Origin: Antedon mediterranea
Taxonomy: Eukaryota; Animalia; Echinodermata
DNA length: 64,000 bases
Direction of reading: 5' to 3'
NCBI RefSeq assembly: GCF_964355755.1
Contig: NC_092670.1
Span: 34,956,388 to 35,020,387 of the forward strand
Shown here: positions 13,076 to 27,900 of the stretch, in pieces
How positions within the stretch are numbered: the first letter of the stretch is position 1
Layout: the number at the start of each line of letters is the position of its first letter
Notes under the pieces: model-generated
What the model saw: the letters and a program-made list of their open reading frames with translations, nothing else
Told to the model about the DNA's origin: nothing
Databases searched by the model: none
Program-made: the position numbers and the translations under genes

Positions 13076-16000
13076 TTACGTCATATCTGTTTCGGTAGTT
13101 ACTCGATTAGACTTGAAACGTTGTTGAAAACATTCCTTCATCTGAAGAGATTTAAATATGAATTACAAAACTAGCTTTATCATCATGTCAGTTCTCAATG
13201 CGTGGTGCTTTAAAAGCGATTCCACCACAAGGCGAATTTGTTCGCGCGAATCAAAGCGTAAGATTATATACGCATGCGTAGATAGTGATTTGAGAGATGT
13301 AATCATGAATACGCATTTGCGTATAAGCTGGCGCTTTCAAGGCGAAATTGTTCGCGCGAATCCAACGTTTCAAAGAGAAAAAATCGCCTACTCTCTTTCC
13401 ACTACACGATGAGCGAATAGCTGCGACGTTCATGTTCCTCGCGTGGTTGCTGAGCATTTCGATTCGCATGAGTGCTCATGAAAGCGTCATATTCATTTCC
13501 TGAGCTCCGCAATATTTCGCTGCACAAAAAGTAGAAACAATTCGAACTAGTAAATTTCGCTGAAGCGAAAAATCAAAGGAACTGGAATTCGTCGAAGAAG
13601 GGAGTATGACAGACAGAAACTCGAATACGCATGCGCATAGCATGACGCTTTCGATTCGCGCGAACAAATTCGCCTAGTGGAAAATCGGCTTTATGGAACT
13701 TCGACTTTAAGGGTTTCAATGTGATAACATGCTACATTAGGCGGCGTAGAAAATAGTGATTTCTGCCATTGGAAATTGAAATAGCGGTTATAAGAACAGT
13801 TCCATTCAACTATGAATTGGAAAAAATACAATTTAAAAAAGAAAACCGCTTACCTCATTGTCAAACACACAGTATATAAGAAATATAAAAAGTCCTTGAC
13901 AACCATTCAGAATGTTGAAAATATATTCAACAAACTTAGCGTTAGAACCAATAGCAAACGGTCCAATAAGCCACGTGGTACCCATGAGGGGCAGCAGCAT
14001 GATAGTACCTCTTGCAGCCTTTCTGAAAATATAAAACATTCTTCTTTTTTAGTCTTTCACAACCAACCAACTAGACACGTGTTGATGATGAATAAATTTC
14101 GCACAACTTACCCGGGTGGTTCAGCGACCCGAATAACTTTTTACACCGACCAACATTCCCGCTTTTCTGCGTCCCGAGTACGACTCAGGTTACACAATTG
14201 TAGATCAACTCCGCATTTTTGCTGTTGGCGGTGTAAAAGGAAGGAGTATTGACGTCTAAAACTAGGAAACGCCAGTAATGCCTAAACAACTAAAATCAGC
14301 TTTAAATACCTGAATTGCTTCAACTTGTTGCTTTGTGTCATTGACTTCCCCACCACTCTTCTAGATCGTCGGTATATTGTTCTTACGACAACATACATGA
14401 TAACTGTGTTTATCTGTAAAAATGAATATGCATGATCAAGCCATCCATGCAATGCTCTGTAATAATTTATTTGATTTTAATACATAAACTTTAGTTCAGT
14501 TAATTAATTATTTAAAAAAAACAACACGCAAAAACCGATTTCATAATATTATTCATGTATGTATACTATAACTTTACCAAAACAATGACAATGGCTGGTA
14601 ACACAAATGTCCATATCATTCCAGTTTTTCGACTAAGCCAACAGCTGGAAAGAACAAAGCAATATGATATTATAGGACTGCAATCAAACTTTGTCGATAA
14701 TACCCTTTCACACCAAAACTCCATCTACAGAGACACCCTGGAGTTTGTGATCATTCAAAACCAAAACCGTATCCGGATATTCACCCCCTGGACATTTACC
14801 CCCCGGAAAACTACCCCCCGGACAACCACCACCTGGACCACTACCCCCTTAGGACAACTACCCCTTTAGGACAACTACCCCCCGGACAAATACCCACCGG
14901 ACAACTACCCCCTTAGGACAACAACCCCCTTAGGACAACAACCCCCTTAGGACAACTACCCCCTGGACAATTACCCCCTAGGGACAATTACCCCCGGACA
15001 ACAACCCCCCGGACAATTACCACCCCCCCCCCCCTCCCCGTAAGAACAACTACCTCCTGGACCTGGACAATACTCTGAGGGCAAATAATCTTTTAGGACA
15101 ACTACCTTCGTAGGACAACTAACCCCTGGACAACTACCACCCAGAAAACTATCCCTTTAGAACAACTACCCCCCGGACGGACAACTACCACCCAGACCAT
15201 TCAACAACCTGACTCTGCAACAGTGTATAATAGGAATTAATAACTATATTTTAATTCGTTACTTTGACGAATTACTATTCATTATTGTAAACAAAAGTAA
15301 AAGATTGAACATAAATATAGCCTGGTATAAACTGAAGATTGTCACACATGATCATAGGATAGTCGAACGTATTATATAGTACTCCCTGTATTTACTGTAA
15401 AGACTGGGTTCGCAAATAATAATAATAATTTTTGCGTCCAGGACAATGCTTCGATAACCACTGGTCTTAAAAGAATTAATTTTTGTCTCAAATTTGTCAT
15501 ATATGTATTTTTGTACACTTGAAGAATAATATCACTTTTGATATTTGACCTCAATGTTCACTCACCGAATAAACGGCGATCTTTAAATAATCCCCTCAAA
15601 TAAACGGTGACCATGTCACTCCCATGAAACATCATATGGAATAATCGGCGTCTATTTCCATTAGATTATACCCCCTCCCATTGAATAAACAACTTTCTTC
15701 CAATAAATGTACACCTAAAAACCACCTAAACAATAAACAGCCCAGGCCGTTTTTTCAATAAATACGGTACTTTAAATCTAGCACATCTAGGGTCTAGCGT
15801 GCTGTTAAACAGAATAATCGGTTAAAAACGGGTGTTTCGAAACTAGAGACCAGAGACCCGAGACCCAATACGAAAAGAGAGACCTAAATATACGAAAAGG
15901 GAGACCCACGTACGAAAAGGGAGACCCCACTATACGAAAAGGGAGACCCCACTATACGAAAAGGGAGACCCTAATATACGAAAAGGGAGACCTAAATATA

Positions 16001-18913
16001 CGAAAAGGGAGACCCAAATATACGAAAAGGGAGACCCAAATATACAAAATGGGAGACCCAAATATACGAAAAGGGAGACCCCACTATACGAAAAGGGAGA
16101 CCCCACTATACGAAAAGAGAGACCACACTATACGAAAAGGGAGACCCTAATATACGAAAAGGGAGACCCAAATATACGAAAAGGGAGACCCACTATAAGA
16201 AAAGGGAGACCCCACTATACGAAAAGAGAGACCACACTATACGAAAAGGGAGACCCTAATATACGAAAAGGGAGACCCAAATATAGGTCTCCCTTTTCAT
16301 ATTGGGTCTCGTGTCAGGTCTCTGGTCTCGGGTCTCTAGTTTCGAAACACCCGTTAAAAACAGATGATTTCATTTTTACAGAAACCGGTCCTATATATTT
16401 GTCTACTTTTGGATTGGGGGGGGGGGGGTAGTTGACCGGGGGGTAGTTGACCGGGTGTAGTTACCCGGGGGGTAGTTATCCTAAGAGGGTAGTTGTCCTA
16501 AGGGGGTAGTTGTCCGGGGGGTAGTTGTCCGGGGGGTTGTTATCCTAAGGGGGTAGTTGTCCTAAGGGGGTAGTTGTCCGGGGGGTAGTTGTCCTAAGGG
16601 GGTAGTTGTCCGGGTGGTAAACATCTGGGGGGTAACTGTCTAAGGGGTAGGTGTCCTAGAACCTTCAAAACGTCGAGAAACTTCATCAACTTAGCAACAC
16701 CGGGGTTTTTAAAAATAAAATCGTAAATACCGCCCTCTATTTTGTTTGTTTACATAGCGAAGATCATTTTAATTGATAATAATGATTTTAATTTAATAAT
16801 AATTTTCAAAAGTCTCAGAAGTCTGTGTTTTATTTATACGATTTATTATTTTTCAGACCCGCTATTTTGTACAAATATTTAAAGTATTTTGATATAAAAC
16901 TAAAGTAATGATTAATCGTGTGAGGATGACATTTTGAACTAAAAACTTCGTCGTTGACGTTGGTGCCTTACACATCGACCGTCCCGATGTGTCCCCGCAG
17001 TTCTTCGCACTCCAGAGAACATTTTATTCAGCTGTTCAACCCCCGGGTGTTTTGAACTCCGAAGTTGTTTGTTCTTAACTTTCACACCAAAACACCGGGG
17101 CATCAACTTTGCTTTTAGTGTAAAAGGGGTATATCAAACGCTCAGAAACTGAGCGAAAAACTTGACGACATTACGTTCTCAGTTAGAAAGTCTAATCTTT
17201 GATATAGTTAAAAAAAATACAGAATTCGTCGGCAGAGGGCGCGCTATTTAACATTTCGACAGAGCCATATATATATGGCTCTGCATTTCGAAGATAAAGA
17301 CAGCCCGAGATTTTAATCAATTTATGTGAAATTATCAATGAATAAATCGATTTTATTGAAAAGCAATAGGTATGGCTATAGGAGTGTGGGCATTATAAAA
17401 ACAAACACAGAAAAGCAAAGAAAAGACTGCTAAATCGGTTACATTTACTTACATATCATCGACATTATAATGTGAGGAAAATCCGAGTGATGAAACAATG
17501 ACAATGAAAACTGGAACTCCATAGCACAGTGCGAAGTAATAACGAAGTCGATTGTATCGTGTTGAGACTGCAGAGGGAGAGACCATAAACAGCAGGTACA
17601 CGGCCTCACCGCACATCCAGGCGAACGTATTGAGAGAAGTTAGATGAAGACATACGCTGATAAATCTGCAGAGTATCTGGCAACCAGCAATTAAGGGCAA
17701 GTTAAACATAGTTTGTAACCAATTATCTTCACTAATGAGAGCCTAATAACGTTTGAGCTTCGAACACAATGACGCTAGATGTGATTACATAATGTAATAC
17801 AATAATGAAATTGTAATACAGGTTTTATTAGGAAAGAAAGAACTCTTGGTACAGAGTTTTAGATTTAGAACTGTCAGATGGATGCTTATTAACGATGTAT
17901 TATCCCAATGATTTCTTTGTCACTTTGACCAAAAATTGGACGGGAAAAAATAATTTAGGCCTACTTGAAAAAACTGTAATTTAAAGCACATAATAGTCAA
18001 ATTACCGTTTATTTTGTTCTTTTATATTACTGAAAACATTATTTTTTTCGGGTTTTTTTCTACGAAAGTGATTACATTTGTTAAAACTACAAAATGGCTT
18101 ATTCAAAGTCTGATTTCGTTATATTAATGTTATCTATCAAAGTCACGGGACTTACTTTGTGTGCTGTCTTGTCAATTCCAAATAAAAACAAGCTCTGCAT
18201 CAGAATCATGTTAATTACCAAGTTCTTGTGAATTGAATTTCGAAGCGAGACCCAGAGTTTTCTAAAATAATAGAAATAAATCGTTCATCACAATGAGCAT
18301 GTAGTATAGAGGATTTATACTATTTCCGATAACGTTGGACATCTGAGGCAGAAATCATAAAATTCCTAATAACTTATTTCCAAACCCTTTAAAAAATAAT
18401 CTCTGTCAACAAGCAAAAGACAACATCAAAGATGTTGAACCCAGGGATACATGTCCACAACTTTTAGGACTTTAACAAGTCTATAACTCTACCATTGAGA
18501 GTCAACGCAGAACACGTTGACAACGGTTATGCCCATGCTTATATAGCGTCCCCTATGATTATTTCCTCTGCTTCCAGAAAAAAAATCACATCCTGGTATT
18601 TAAACAAAATTAGCAAACTAACCAGTTTGGTCAATCAATCGGCTTCTTAGAGTAATGTGTGGTTATGAAATAAATGATCAGTTTTTGATATTTGCAAAAC
18701 AATTATTTAGTTTTTTATGGACAGTAAAGTTCAAAGTGAATGTAGTTTGAATCTGTTGGATCAGGGAAGCGTAAGGTTGTTTGGTGTAAAAACAAATTGT
18801 ACTTACGGGAATGAACAGTATATCAACAGACAGACAACCAAAGTAACAAGAGAAATAGATACACATACGGTCGAAATATAATCCAGTCCTTTGTCATCAA
18901 TAGTCTCCTTTTC
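13076..18913 (-). CDS. Gene A secretin/adhesion-type 7TM exons and C-tail
   Basis: Motifs RNSIHKNL, CRFIS..LHL...FAWM.GEA, CWLS, LLPLMGTTW, FNILNGCQGLFIFLIYC. The last exon MKECFQQRF...* is paralogous to gene B VKECFQKRF. Confidence 0.92.
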
Positions 18914-21900
18914 CTAAAAACAAAACGCGAATGGTGTAATTACATTGCACAATATTTAAAATGAACTTGGTAAATTAAAAAAAAATAGTTGAAAGGTCAC
19001 ATAAGAAAGTCGTTGAGTAGTTGACAGAAAGTAACTTTAGGCCTAAATGTATATCGGATGTCCAAACTCTGTACCCACGTCCCAACTAGTGTCGCTCTCT
19101 CCGCCATCTTTAATATAATCTATTATTGGTTATCATTAATCTGTTATAATATTATTTTATTTAAATCATAATCTATTCCTTAGATTATATTTTAGCACCA
19201 TTTTGGAACGAAGACAGTGACAACTATTTGATGGTCAATATGTAGTCATTTGTAGAATACGTAACATTCAAAAAACCTTATCAAGATGACAATACAGTAT
19301 TTCACCTTAAAAGCCATTAGTTTGAAAAAACAACTTACACCTTGCGTAGTTAGTTTCATAAACACACTAAAACTGGTTAAATGGTCAGAATGGCAAGTCA
19401 CTTGATCCTTAAACAGGTTAGCGGTGGTAGTCATGCCCTCATCACTCCAAATCCTGTAATAATTGTATATAAAAAGAAGAACCAATTACAGTATTGTTAT
19501 CACTACCAGTGAAATATATCCTTTATGTATTTTATACATTTAATAGAAATGTTGAACTTTATAGCTTAGCATTTACTTCTTACATTTGTATGTCATCAAA
19601 AAAGAGGCAAATTGGTTCCATAGATATTTGTTTCCTTGTCTTATCTTTGCCTTTCCAGTTTCTAGTTGTCTATAACAATAATCATTGTAAAACATTAATA
19701 CGCATGCACAACAATGAACTAGTATGGAAGTATGGAACGTCGAGTATATCGTAACTTTAGTTAGTTAAATGAGATAGTTTTAAGGAACACTTTTGGCAAC
19801 CACACCAATCTTTGTAATTTGGCAGCCATGAATTGGTAAACTATGAATGTTAACCATTAATATACAAACTTACCGATATATTGTGTATAGTGAATTCCAA
19901 TGTTGTGTCATGGATGTAAGAGAAATTGGTTGCATCATAAACACTGCATGAAAATACTTTAAATGGAATAAATTTTACCTTACCGTTGTCACCATCCCTA
20001 AAGGGAAAACAAATCTAATATTAAAAATATGCTTTTCTCCGTTCTAAGGATGATAGTAATTAACTAATAGTATATTAATTTTAGCATTTATTAACTATCT
20101 TCACTATTTTGGATTTGTCAATGTTTGTATCGGCAGACCATATCGACGGTGTGTAAGCCTGCAGTCGTCTACCACAAATCATCCAAACGTTGTACTCGAC
20201 TGAAGATGCTTTTTAACAATTATCTTAGTAATAACAAACAACAAACAACAATCAATAACAACAACAAACAAGCAAACAAAGTCAACATCTAAAATCTTAA
20301 ATTAAAACCCCTAAGACGATAATAATAATTGTCTGAAAGTATACAAATACATACGACCCTGTGATGACCGTTTTCTTGATACGGTCATTAGCGTATTCGG
20401 TATTGTTCATGTAGGTTGCAATTATTAGAACATCTGAAAAAATATAACAAGAAGTATGTGTATAACAAATTTCCAACGGTAAAAAAAACTAACAAAACCA
20501 TGACTTTTGGGAGAGAGAGACAGACAGAGAGAAGTTATACTCATAAAACAAGTCCCCATACACTCAGTATGCTGCAGTATGGATGAAAGCCAGTAAAATT
20601 GACCCTAAGCAACTTGGCATGGCATCAATTCGCACCCAAGTTGGAACAGCAAGGATCAAGGCAATAAACCTTGGTTACATATACAACTTATTATTTAGAT
20701 ACCAATACATACTTTCTACGTCGGATTGTAAGCCTATCTGGACTTCAAAGTTCACTCGACTGCTATCAAGGTCCAGAGTATTCTTTACAGTTCGAGTTTT
20801 GTTGTTCATATTATCAATAATTGCCAAACCAACTACAAAATATAAAATAGTAAACATTTAGAAAAGGGATTGCAGCAGCGCTCTCAAATATCCCTCTCTC
20901 TCTCTCTCTCTCTGAATTTTTCAAAGTGAGGAAAGAGAACTGAGATCGCGCAAACACATTCTCTTGTACATTCCGTGCAGAAAATAGCTATCGCTGGGGA
21001 TATAATACTTTCAGTACTGTTGATCTGAATATATGCTAAAATCATCAAAATCTCGGGGCAGTTTTAAGTTACTTCTAAAACTCACTTGCTCATGGCGCAA
21101 TGATCGTTTAAATTACGATATAAACATGGAACAATTGACTGATTGAATCGCTGTTTATTTATTGTATTTATTTTATTTAAGCAATATTTTATTCGAAAAG
21201 TGGTCACTAGCTAATACCAACAGAAAAAAGAAGAGCAAAAACGTTGAAGTAAAACAGTCGAAAATAAATGTTAGTGCTTTCGGGCAAAACTAAATCTTCA
21301 TCACTGATCCCCACTTGAGGTGATGGTGTATCCCCATACTCCCAGTTTGGGTGCTACACTGGGCTGGGTCATTGTTGAACCCACGATGTATTGTCTTTTG
21401 ATCGCGATCCCACGCGATCCCACGCGCTCCCACGAAGGCCATTGTTTTTTGATCGCGATTCTAGGAGAGGGATTGTTCTTTGATCGCATTCCCACGCGCT
21501 CCCACCAGCTCCCACGAAAGGCATTATATTTTGATTGTGATTCTACGAAACGGATTGTTTCTTGATTGTAGCTTGGTATTTTTGTCTTTTTGTTCTCTTC
21601 CTTTTGGTTTCCATTCTTTCTCTTTATTGTCGAGCGCATAAAGACATCGTTTATTTGCGCTATATAAATCTATCTACTAATATCAGTGTAAGTGAGGATT
21701 ATAAATATATAATGGTTAATGTATTTCAAATGTCCCAAAATTGTTTTTTTTTCTATTCTTAATACCAAAAAAAAAAATAATAATCATAATTTTTACCGAA
21801 GCTTTTCTCGTCATATAATTTCTTTCCGGTTGTTTTTATTTCTGTCACGTCTGATAAAACACCATTTTCAAAATTATTTACTTTGTTAAGAAACATACGG

Positions 21901-24900
21901 GTTCCCTGAAATAAATCAATTGCAATGAATGTGCCATGTTTAGTAAGAAATTTAGGGTGTAATTAGGATAGACATACTACAGTACATATACAGCAATAAA
22001 CGCGCAGATAAGTGAGAAATGGTTTCTTGCAGAGGAATACAGAAACGCTCTATAATAATGATTGGTCTTTCTAGTCTAGTAAGCTACCGTAAAACCTCGA
22101 AAAGAAGCTCATGGGCTTCTTAAGGACTCTTATGTGGGATTTGTTTTTAGATTGACTTCTTCTCATGTTTGTATGGTATTCAATCCAGATTAGATTATAA
22201 TATATACAAATAATTTTGTTCGAGGTTTTAGACGGTATTTAATCCCGCATTTAACATATTAAATTATAAAAAATCTGTAATCATTATAATCATTTGTTGA
22301 CTTTGAAATGCCAAACTTACTCGTGTTACCATTGAATGAGCAGTGCTTGCATAGTCTGGTATAGGTACGTCAGTTGCGGATTCCACATTTTTATCCACGT
22401 TAGTGTACTCGTTATACCTACAACACTCGTCATATCCTATTAAAAATAAACATTATTGAATTCATTATTATTAATTAGTTCAACAATAATTGTTGTTCTT
22501 TATCGAGTCTTCCCAAATGTGGTGTACGCATCCGGAAAATGCAGCCGATGTAAAACCTATACATGTAGTTTGGCTTTGTTAAAGCACGTGTTTCTGCTCT
22601 TTGACTACTATACACCAGCCAGGTGTATCTACCAACAATGAGGATTATCGGTTTTACTAACCTCTTACTGTAACCGTAAACATACATGTATTGTTGTTTT
22701 TGGAGGCGTCGGTAGCCGTAAATGTAAAATTGTGTATACCAATATTCAGATCAGTTGGAAAAACCGTATTGGGATCGGGCGAAATGGTTGGAGTATCCCA
22801 AGACGTGTCTACAGCAGAAATGTTGAATGATGCTGTCGAAAAACTGCTATTGGTAAACACAATTTTGTCAGGAGGACAATATATTGTAGGAGCTTCGGTA
22901 TCTAGAAAATAGACAAAACATACAAAACACTTTCATTTCGAAAAAAAAAATTAAAATCAAAACCGTATAAGCGTATACGTGCACATGTTGTCAATGAAAT
23001 GAGCACAATCATGTTCCTGGAAATCAATTCACGGATACTCGACTAAAAACATGTACAATACCAACTTACTACTAACCTGACAACAATACTGAAACTGGAA
23101 TTTGACAGACATTTGTGTTTCCCGACGAGTCTGTAGCGTAAAAGATGAAGGTGGTGTCTTTAGTTACAAGAGTTGGAAATGTATTGTAAGGATCAGGAAT
23201 GATTCTCGGTACATCTCCTGAGTTATCATATGCCTTGATTGACATTGAAAAATCCACTAGAGGAACAGCCGGGATATACCCTAGAATAGCGTGTCCTGAA
23301 GGGCATATCAACAACGGTGGTTCTATGTCTGTTAATAGAAGAATTGTACAAAAGTAAAGTGTTTAAATAATAAAATACGATTGAGAATAGACGTCGTTTG
23401 GTAATCTCACATAAGTTGGGTTCAGATACACACGCTACCAAACATGTCAAGAATGACAATATAAAACACCGTCTGAAATTGAGGCTTTTTTGCCGCCATG
23501 GAAGGTCCAAGTTTACTAACACAAAACAAAATTTTTTCAACAGGTACCGGTAAATTATTTATTTTATATAACTACACATTATGTACTCACCTATAACTGT
23601 TACTTTAAATGTACACGATATCTCGTTGGAGTTATCATCAGATGCGTAAAACTTAAAGAATGTTTGTCCAATTGTAAGATAAGCTGGAAAATACGATGTG
23701 GGATCAGGTCGGATTTCAGACAGTGAAGTTGTAATGTTACGTGAATAATCAACCAGAGCCGTATTCACTCCCTTGTCCGTGGGCAGGGTGACGTTGGCTG
23801 GACACGTGAGCATTAAGGATTGGTCCACATCTATGGATGATAATTAAAAGAATTTATGGAAGTTATCATCTGAATGCTTGTATACTATACTATACTAATG
23901 TAATGTAATGTAATGATATAGATTCATAATTGAAAAATCAACCTTTAGTATCACAATCCGATTGAGTTCAACAATTTGCCCCAGAAAAGTTCAGATATTT
24001 TAATGTTCATTAGGCATAAAAATTAGTTCCTCAAAGAAAACAGTTGATTTGAACTATGATCTTTCTCATCGTAAAACTATTAGATATTGACAGTTTTAAG
24101 AAAAGATTCCACAGGGGCAATCCGTCATTGTAGCCCCCCCCCCCCTCCTCAGATAGATATAATTAATTAATCCCTCCAAAATGTAACTGGACAAACTTAG
24201 GACCAATGGTTAAGCCCAGAGATGATGTAATGACATATACTAATGAACAAGCCGATATACCTCAAGTTTCAGAAGAGGCCAGACACACCTAACAGACACT
24301 TCTTGGAGCACACACCTTACCGATACTTCTTCAGAAGCACATACAGCCACACCTCACTTACAGCATCACTTATACTTTGTTCCTGTTTCGTTATTACCCT
24401 ATTATCCTGTATCATTCCTGAATTTGTATTGTATTGTGTATTATACAGTATTACTGAATAAACAACTGTGATATCCAATCAACCAAGTGAGTGGAGTCTT
24501 TAATACAGTAAACCTTACACATTATTACACTAAATAACTAAACACGTGTTTTTATAGAAAAGGCAACATCCCCGTTTGTTCATGATTCTCGGTGCTGCAT
24601 CTCCACATACTACAATTATATGCCCAGTATCATAGGAATATGTTTGGTAATACAGCATCTCATTTGTATTACATGTGATGCCTGTATTATGTAAGGTTAG
24701 GTTAAGGGTTATGTTATGGTATGAAACTAGGAGATTTATGAAACACATATGATATTGTATTACCAAATATTCCTATGATACCGGAAAAATCTAGATACAG
24801 TACAGATAACCATGTGCCATTTGACAGTATAAAAAGAAATGTTTCCAAAATATTTTTGTAATAATCCAGTTATCTGGTCTAATCCAGTTAATTAAAGACC

Positions 24901-27900
24901 ACCTTTGAAACAGAAATATACGGTGATTGTTTCCTTAATTAGAATCAGAATCATTATATAACAATGCTATATACATGGCTGCAGTCGAGTGCTCAAATTT
25001 TAGTTAGTGTTTACCGACCGACCAACCGACCGACCATCCGAACAACCGACCGACATAGTGAGCCGTAGAGTCGCGTTGCACGCGACTAATTATTATTATT
25101 GTTGCTGCGTGTTGTTGTTTATTGATTAATTAAACTAGTCTCGACGCTTATACTCTTGTAACGCAAATAACATTGACTGATGATAATGGAAAAAAACTTA
25201 AGTTTTATCAGGGAATTGAGAATTAGGCCTACACACTTCCATGTTTTCATCTCACCTGAAGCTTCTTCTAATTTAGAACCTATTTATAATCGCTATAACA
25301 TCAGAATCTGCAATTAATGAGGCTAAATCATTAACGACACCCAAATTTCTAGGGAATACATAGTTTAAACCTAAATCCACATATCAACGTATATACGATT
25401 TCAGACGTAAAGTGATACACTTCGATCATTATAAGAAAGGACATCTTATGAAGAATTTATTAGAAAGTTATTAAAAAAAAACAACAGACAGGCTTACATA
25501 AAGACAAATAAACAGACCAATAGTGCATTGTGTGGTGATTAATTGACATGATAGTGGGGTACACTGTTTTGCTACTTTGAAGAACTATACTTATACCGTA
25601 ACAATTTCCTCCAGGGCTGCCAATATCACATAATTCAAACCTAGAGATCGGATCTGTTGTATAACACCAGGCAGTTGGTTCGTTATCGGGGTTACGGCAG
25701 TGGTTGTGACTGCCTAAACCCGTATCAGGATAATTGCTCTGAGTTCTTGTATGCCTATGGGGTGACTGTGATGTCCAAAGTTGGCACGTTTTCCCAGTTA
25801 CGGTGATATTGACTGAGCCTCGATAATCAACAGCATCTGTCATTCTATAGCATTCTGGAAATACGGCCACACAGTATTGCTTGTAATCTTGCTCGCATAC
25901 ATTTGTCTTGTATATTGTTTTTGAACAATTAAATGAATGAATGAGTTAGCCTACCTGTCTCGTCACATTGCGCTCCCGTGAACCCTTTAAAACATTCGCA
26001 CTTAAGGCCATAATAGACATCCGGTAGCGATATGATTATACACACACCGTTATCACCACAATAAGCACTTGGACAAGACGAGTTACGATCTTTAATAAAA
26101 TAAGTACGGGAAAATAAGTACAGTATTAGAGTGGTAAAGGTAAATCCAAGGCTGAAGTGAGAAAGTTTAGATGGACATCAAGAAAATTGATAATGTATAA
26201 TATGAAATTATGTCAGTCTTTCCACCTCAGCTACACCGTGATTAGTGCTAAGATAAGGAACATTGATTTAACAATATTTTTGATTTTTACTTCGAAAAGG
26301 ATCCCCTTTCTTAAAAAAGACATTGCTGCTCTTGAATCTGTCCAAAGGTGGGTCACTCGTACATGCTTCCCAAGATCAGCCAGTGTCCCTTACCCTGAAC
26401 GTTTGAAACGCCTTAATCTGATGTCCATTAACAATTGTATCATGTATTTATGTATTAATTGTGTTACCAAATGTATGTACAAATTATATGATGTTAAAGT
26501 TTTATAACCTTAAGTTGCGCAATAATGTTATAGCCCGGACTGATTCATTTCATAACTCTGTCTTTAATTTTTTTGTTAGACATTTCAGAGATCTGCTTGC
26601 GGATCTCTGCGACCAACTATTAATTAATATAAACTGTTTAAGCATAGCCTTAAGAAATATCTTACCAATCTGATTTTTTAACTGAAAATGTATATGTGTA
26701 TTTTAAAGATATTTTTTTTAATTCTATCTATTTAAATTAATATTATTTTATATAAATCAATTGCAGAATTTTGTAGTTTAATCTCAATTTTATTGGAACC
26801 CATATATTATTCATTTTATGTAAGTATTTCGATGTGGATTTTTATCTAGAACTTTTTGGTTATCCGGCCTCATTGATTTACTTTTGTATGGTTTTTTGTA
26901 CTGTACTGTATATTGGCCAATTAAATGATATGATATTCTTATTAGAAATGTGGGGGTGCGAATAAAAGCGAATGTAGCCAACTAAAGGATCAGATGTAAA
27001 ATACATTTCTTAATTCACGGGACTTACAAACAAACTGACTATTTGTGAAATACAGTTCTATAGGATTAACAGCCAATCACACAACAACAGAAAGAAATAT
27101 ACAGAAAGCATATGACTAATTAAGAATATTGATCTTCATCAACAATACATTGGTACAAAATTATCTGTAAATACTCGGTAGTCACATTATTAGTTTGGAA
27201 GATAGATTACTTTTGTTTTCAGCATTTGGGGACAAACAAAGCAAATACAAAAAACTTACAATATAGCTCACTTGTGACTATGGCAATACAACCATTACGA
27301 ACGTTATGGTATCTTTTAGTCTAAATAATGAATCCGTATGTATATATTGGGAGAGATTGATGACAGCTTTTAAAAAAAGCAATATCCAGGAAACAGTATA
27401 CAAACCAGTTTTAACTGGTATTATTATACATTATTAATAACCAATTTCATACGTACAGTAGGACGAATGATTTGTATAATGAAGACAACCTTTATTTGTT
27501 TTATTATTTTTTATTTTATTTATTTGTTGTTATGGAAAAATGTTTTGGAAATTTATAGTTATGATGCCCTCTCAAAACTTGATTTACTGTACCCGACATT
27601 AGGCCTAGAATAAAATAATATATTGTATTCAAAATGCCTAAATTATATAAAAAGATTTATAGTTACCACTTTCACAGATGTAACCTACTAAGCTAAAATC
27701 ACTGCTGAACGGTTGATCTACGACAATATCAAAGAAAGATCCAGTTGTTGGAATTGTTAAACATCCAGCACGTTCATCATCTGATACATTTGGCTCAGGA
27801 GACGAAAAATTAACCAAACCTACATCCATTTTTTCCCCTGTTTCCCACATCCAGTTTTCAGGATCGTGTCGACCGGATCCCGGTGGGCGCGATAATCCAA

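Noticed and set aside
24530-24766. Cys-containing minus-strand ORF as an extra ectodomain exon
   Set aside because: It overlaps a MITE inverted repeat, has no domain motif and has no suitable donor.
27256-27345. Possible further decayed signal-peptide exon before the kringle exon
   Set aside because: Donor-like sites are present, but there is an in-frame stop and no suitable ATG.
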